From Azolla caroliniana (lineage: Eukaryota; Plantae; Polypodiophyta): a stretch of 64,000 nucleotides of DNA. The stretch is from contig JBHGNT010000018.1 of the NCBI GenBank assembly GCA_043228905.1, positions 5,022,001 through 5,086,000 on the forward strand, given 5' to 3'. The translations under genes and the position numbers were made by a program. A model generated the notes under the pieces. That model had not been told where the DNA came from. It worked only from the letters and a program-made list of their open reading frames with translations, and made no database searches. Shown here one piece after another: positions 58,223 through 64,000 of this stretch; position 1 is the stretch's first letter, and each line of letters opens with the position of its first letter.

Positions 58223-61200
58223 ATGAAGTCTTCTTCATTATACCTTCTGCGTCGCCATGTCTCTTCTTCTTCTTCTTCTTCTTCCTCCTCTTCTCGCGCA
58301 GCTTCTTGTATTCCTTCGCAGATGTTTCGATGTAGAGAAGAAGCTCACTATACCCCCCTTCCCCCTCCTCTTCCTCTTCCTCTTCCTCCCCCATCCTCTT
58401 CATTCCCGCGTTTGGACCATCTTTCGTCTGAAAAGATCCTCCGGTATCAAGAAACCCAATGGCGATGCCGATCTTTCTCCACCAAGAGTGTAGAAGGTAT
58501 GTATTTATGCTCTTGACAACTAATTGGGGTTTGATGGCCTGTAATATTATTCGATGAGGTTTTGTTATTCAAACATAGGTCGTGTCCTCTCTAAAGACTA
58601 TTGGTGCTACGTTCTGTGGATCCTCGAACCATGATAAAGAAAGTTGGAAATGTTGGCATTTATATTGAATTACGTGTGTTTCATGTCAGATACATTCTTT
58701 GTTTCCGTGTAAGCAGACAAAAAAAAGAGGCCTTGATTCAGAATATAAACTTCTTTTGAGGAGGAGACAATAAAGAGTTATGCCTCCAATTCAGAACAAA
58801 TATGTCCTCAGAAAATACTCAGAAACGTGAATTCGTAGTCTTCCAAAAACTGTACTTGCTACTTTGTACCCCCATTTCTTTTAGAGGCCAAACCATTGCC
58901 TGTTTCTACTTTGGAAACTGAAGAGTTCTCAGGAAAGAGCCATTCTTGGTTTCATTATCAAGGACATGTTCGATCAAAGGATTGCAATTTATCCGGGAGG
59001 AGGGATTATTATGGCCTGTTTGATCATGGGGGTTTAATTTAGTCCTCAAACAGAGTGTAGCACTTTGAAACCAATTGGAATGGTCCAAGATGGACGAACA
59101 AATGGCTATGTAGTGAATAATTGTGATGGCATACATAGTATGAGAGCCACTATTTTATGGCCTGCTGTCTGTGTGTTACTCGCTTTTTCTTTCACCGTGT
59201 CTAACTTTCAATCCAAATCACCCTATTTCACAACAATTTAAGAAAACATTTTTTTCAACTTGTAAGAACTGCATGATGTGTTTGCAAATTTAAGGAAAAT
59301 GGGATGCAAGGAACCTCATCTTTGGAATGTTTTTGTCAGAAATATAAGATCTCCACATACATATACAAGATATATGTACATTATTAAACAATCAACATTG
59401 TCAAGATCTTATACATCAGAATGATATACAATGATGAATGTTTCATCAAGAGGGTATAACAAGGACAAGAGACTATATAATAATGGTGTATTAATGTCCA
59501 CAAGAACAACAGAATCTGAACCATTTCTCGATTTGTGCATGTCTTCTTGCTTATGGACCATGCTTTAAACAAGAATCACTTAGATGTGAAGACTTATCCC
59601 CAACATGAAGGGGAACAGATTATTGTAGTAGTATATGTGGATGCATATAATTATGAGATGACCATATATTTAAGTCATAAATTGTTTACTACCTATAGTT
59701 GTTATCATCATTGTTTGTGATGGTGTTGTAGTTGAAGTTTTATTGCTGCAAGTTTATGGAATCTCATCAGTTAACCAAAAACTTTCATCTTATCGCTAGG
59801 AGTGGTAATTCATAGGTCATATTATATATTGAGAATATAGAACACTTTTATTAATACATTTGTGAATGGTGGAGCTTCATCACAAGTGGGTTCCTCCTTG
59901 GAACCTGGAAAGGGGTAATGTAGGGCTACTCTTATCTGAAGATATATGAGCTAAAATATTTAGTGTATGAAATGTTTTAATAGAATGGCCATATTTAAAA
60001 TTTTCAAACTTATTCTACATTTAAACTTCAGCCTCTTTGCAGAATCTCCTCCGCACCAAGTTATTTCTTTACCAGCGTTATCACCAACCATGGTCAGTAC
60101 TAAGACTCTTATTTTACTTTGAGAATTATGATTTCATTATACTTCCAACAATTTCTCAAATATTATCCTGTTCTTACTGTTTCATAATATGCTTGCTGAT
60201 TTATATTTTTATGACTTTTATTGAAAATCACAAAACGTACATGATAGGCAAAGGGAAATATACCATCATGGAGAAAAAAGGAGGGTGATAAGGTAATGAA
60301 GATATCTTTAGACTGGATGAAATCATATTCTGAAAGGCTTATTTATAATATCATTCAACACTCCAGGTGAATGTGGGTGAAGTGCTCTGCGAAATAGAAA
60401 CAGACAAATCCACCATGGAGATGGAGGCTATGGAGGAGGGGTGAGATAATCTCTTTCCAAAAGCATTTTATTTCAATCTTATTTGCTGTTTTTTTGTTTT
60501 AACATAATAAGTGAAGCATTTTTATTTCCATCTCCGTAGGGACATTTAATTCTATATTTCTGACTCCATCATGTGGAAAATGGATGGTTTGTAGGTCATG
60601 GTTCTATCTAAATTGATATGTATATATGAGTATGTAGGTAGCAATCGGCAATGGTTTGGTTTGGTTTGAGAGTGTCAAATTCAAACCGTTAAAAATTTTT
60701 GAAACTTAAATCGAACCACAAAACCATTTAAACGGAACCGTTACAAAAAATCAACCGTTCACCTGCCAAACCAAACCGCGAAAAGAAACTTGAACTTGAA
60801 CTGAACCAAACCAAACTGAACTGTTTAAACTGTTAAGCCGTTAAGCCATGGCTTCGTGGTTTGGATACCGATTGCTATATGCAGGTAGTTCTGTAGCTAC
60901 CGACATGTGCAAGTCTTTCCTTGTCTTGAGTCTAATTATAGGAAGACTTATGTATATGGCAAATTTAATGCTTGAAAGTTTATAACAGATGTCAAGTTTG
61001 CTGCTAACATTAAGAGATTGTATTGCAGCTATCTAGCAAAAATACTTTTACCAGCAGGCTCTACAGATGTTGCAGTTGGACAACCAATTGCAATAATCGT
61101 AAGCTGCCATCTTAAAGTAGATTCAGAGTTTGGAATCATTGAATTGAAACATGGTTTTTGAGGCAACACATGAAATCATACTCATTTCCCACGTGGCATG

Positions 61201-63861
61201 CCGATGAACAGGTTGAAAATGAAGAAGATATAAGTAAAGTCAATGATATTGTACCATCAGCTTCAGCTTCTTCTTTGGTCGATGAGAAAAAAAGCTCACA
61301 AAAGAATGACAAAAATGTTGCAGAAAGGTCAGAGGCATCTAATCCATCCATTGTAGTGAGGCAAAGGTTGGGACCATCTGTAAGGAAGCTGTTGATTGAA
61401 TCTGGAATAGATGTGGCAACATTGAGAGGAACAGGGCCTGGTGGTGCTGTTGTCAAAGGAGATGTACTTGCTGCAATGAAAACAGGGCAAACATCAGCAA
61501 AACTTACCACTACAAAGGAAAGAGAGGAAGTGAACCAAGCTGCAGCAGCTGCACCTAAGCATCTTGCTGGAGCAGCACCACTCTCATCCACCATTTCGTA
61601 TGAGGATATTCCTACAACTCAGATTCGGAAGGTATGCAAATTTAGAAGCGCACTTTCTAACTTTGACTAGCTATAGTCAAGCAGCATACATGTGTTATTA
61701 CTCTCATCATCTCTCTGGTGATTAAGAATTTTTTTTACCCATAAAACATCTCTCAACAAAGCCGAACAGCAATATGCATGAATAATCTAAATGTATACAT
61801 GAACAAAAAACCAAGGTTTAGGTTCAGATCAGAGTCTTGAAGGATGGAAATCGCTCCAAAAAACAAACCAAGATAAGGATGAAGATTAATTTTCTACACA
61901 AAGAGGGCAAACATCATGCTCAAAATGAAAAAAACCATCTTATACACTTGATATATTCACTGTAATCCAAGAAGAAGAATCTGATTGAAACCAAGACCAA
62001 GTCATGAGTCAAGATCAAGGTCAATATAAAGATCCAAGTACAAGATTTAATGCATGAAAATATTTTAGTTCTTTATTTAACGGTCCAAGGTCTAAATGAT
62101 AATGACAAGGAAATTACTGAAATTCTCTCAAGGAAGTAGTCATTTCAATTGTATGTTTGATGATATAAGTGAAAAGGCTTTAGCATGTCTCTATTCAATT
62201 GAACCCTAATACCTTTCAGAGCAATGGTGATGTATATGATAAATTACAGTAAGTCATTGAAGGATTATTTCTTGTTCAGCTTCTTTGATTTCCATTTTCT
62301 TCTTTTGTGTGATAAAAGTCAGATGAGGTAGAGGGGCATTGTGGATACTAATATGGACTGCGTTTTAACTTCCGGCAGATCATTGCAAAAAGATTGTTGG
62401 AATCAAAGAATGGGATCCCTCATCTCTATTTGTCAATTGGTTAGTGGTGTTTTCTTCAAGCCACTTTTACTTTAATGAAGTTGCTGCTTTGAAGTTGTAT
62501 CTCAATTCCTAACCATATACATTTTTTTATGGATATGCAAAAGACACATTATTGGATGCAACCTTGGCTCTTCGGAAGGAGTTGAAAGGTATGGCTTCTT
62601 AAATATGCAGCTCTGTTCTTTGTTTATATAGGAATACTGTGGAATGGTCTAGTTAAAAGTTTGTGCCCGTAGGGCCAATCCTGTGTCCCTTAAAGAAGAA
62701 CACTGCTTCTGATTAAGATGTCAATCATGCATGCCTTGGATAGGATTTTACTGTCAGATTTTGTAACATCCAGTTTTCTGTTTCAGAGAAATATGCGATA
62801 CATGTCTCTGTAAATGACATTATTATAAAGGCTGTGGCTTCGGCACTGAAGATAGTCCCAGAAGCCAATGGTATACTTTGGTAATGCTACATAGGAGGGC
62901 TTTAGTGTTCCATGAATTTTTACATCTTCATTTTTGTATTTCTTGCTCATGAATCACAGCTCATTGGGATGAGAAGGCAGGCAATATTGTTCCAGGAACA
63001 TCTATTGATATATCAATCGCAGTTGCAACTGAAAAGGTGATATTTGTGCAAATTTACTTTGGATTAACCATGTAATAGCTCCATTATTGAATAAGCTTGT
63101 ACTGGTTATACAGGGACTAATAACTCCAATTTTGCGCGATGCAGATAAAAAATCACTCCAAGAAATTTCTTCAGAGGTTTCTTATGCCTTTAAATTATGA
63201 ATCTGATCTAATATTTGAATTTTGTGTTAGTTTATGCTTTGAATTAATTTTGGCTACTTAATATTCAATTTATAATAAACTATTATATAATGCTCAGTCA
63301 ATTACATTAGATTGTTTGTATTCTTATGAAAATTTGATCCTCAAAAATCTCTTTTTATCCTTGCAAGAACATATATTTGTGGATTGATGTGCAATAGAAT
63401 ATTAGTTCTCGTGCATCTGAAAGATCGTGATAGGTAAGATATTTTCTTGATTTTTCTACAGATAAAAGTTTTAGCAGGGAAAGCTAGAGAAGGGAAACTT
63501 CAACCACATGAGTTTCAAGGTGGCTCCTTCAGGTAGGTAGATCACGTAGAAAATGGTATATAGATATTTGGGCGCTTTTATATTGCAGACTGCAGTGTTA
63601 GATTTAGATAAGAACATTATTTTGGTATTGTGACATGTGTATATGTTGATTTGCAGCATTTCAAATCTAGGCATGTATACAGTAGACCACTTCTGTGCCA
63701 TCATAAATCCACCCCAGGTAATTTTGTTACAGATAAAAAAGAACCAAACATTATATAATAATCACTTCAAGTAGAATGCCGTTTTCTCCCCTGTGAACAG
63801 GCATGTATCCTGGCAGTAGGTAGGGGCCAACCTTCTGTTGTATGGGAGGATGATCTGAAGG
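58223..63861 (+). CDS. Mitochondrial pyruvate dehydrogenase E2 (dihydrolipoyllysine-residue acetyltransferase), 3'-incomplete. Exons: 58223-58496, 60043-60092, 60248-60292, 60367-60440, 61029-61098, 61212-61631, 62379-62439, 62544-62588, 62787-62870, 62960-63036, 63114-63176, 63462-63532, 63657-63717, 63801-63861
   Basis: Ser/Arg-rich transit peptide; lipoyl domain [27 protein letters not shown]; E3-binding segment [22 protein letters not shown]; catalytic domain [51 protein letters not shown]; GT-AG introns with consistent phases. Confidence 0.95.
60639..60877. mobile_element. hAT-type MITE in E2 intron 4
   Basis: 10-bp TIR TAGCAATCGG/CCGATTGCTA; 8-bp TSD TATGTAGG/TATGCAGG. Confidence 0.85.
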
Positions 63862-64000
63862 GTATGTATTCTGCCATTTACCATTGCCCTTTAAGCTACC
63901 AGGACTTCTTGCATTTTTTTGTTTTATATATATGGTGTTTATTGTGTTTTGTTGTTCTATATTTTGTGCTTAATGTATTTTGATCAAGTTTGATCTTATC

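Noticed and set aside
61158-61211. ORF-track start of the 170-aa E2 fragment
   Set aside because: Intronic; the exon starts after the AG acceptor at 61212.

Overview
Eukaryotic, plant-like genomic DNA; the Tcn1/Tf-type chromoviruses suggest a non-seed plant, which is an inference. Bases 1-~56.2 kb are a deeply nested LTR-retrotransposon island with four kinds of element. (T) Chromodomain Ty3/Gypsy elements with a self-priming-type PBS. (A) A GC-rich non-chromodomain Ty3/Gypsy lineage plus related solo LTRs, with a tRNA-Trp PBS, 4-bp CG-centred target sites and a -1 frameshift signal after the protease. (O) Athila-like Gypsy elements, including one intact, very young copy at 33747-41559 with apparently identical 371-bp LTRs and a single 2322-aa ORF that has a coiled-coil tail fused to integrase. 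(C) Ty1/Copia remnants. From ~57.2 kb there are hAT-type MITEs and a multi-exon host gene for the mitochondrial pyruvate dehydrogenase E2 subunit, which runs off the window end. The most striking unexplained signal is an antisense tRNA-like A-box/B-box cassette in U3 of eight LTRs from otherwise dissimilar Gypsy families. All coordinates and alignments were read by eye; no database search was run.
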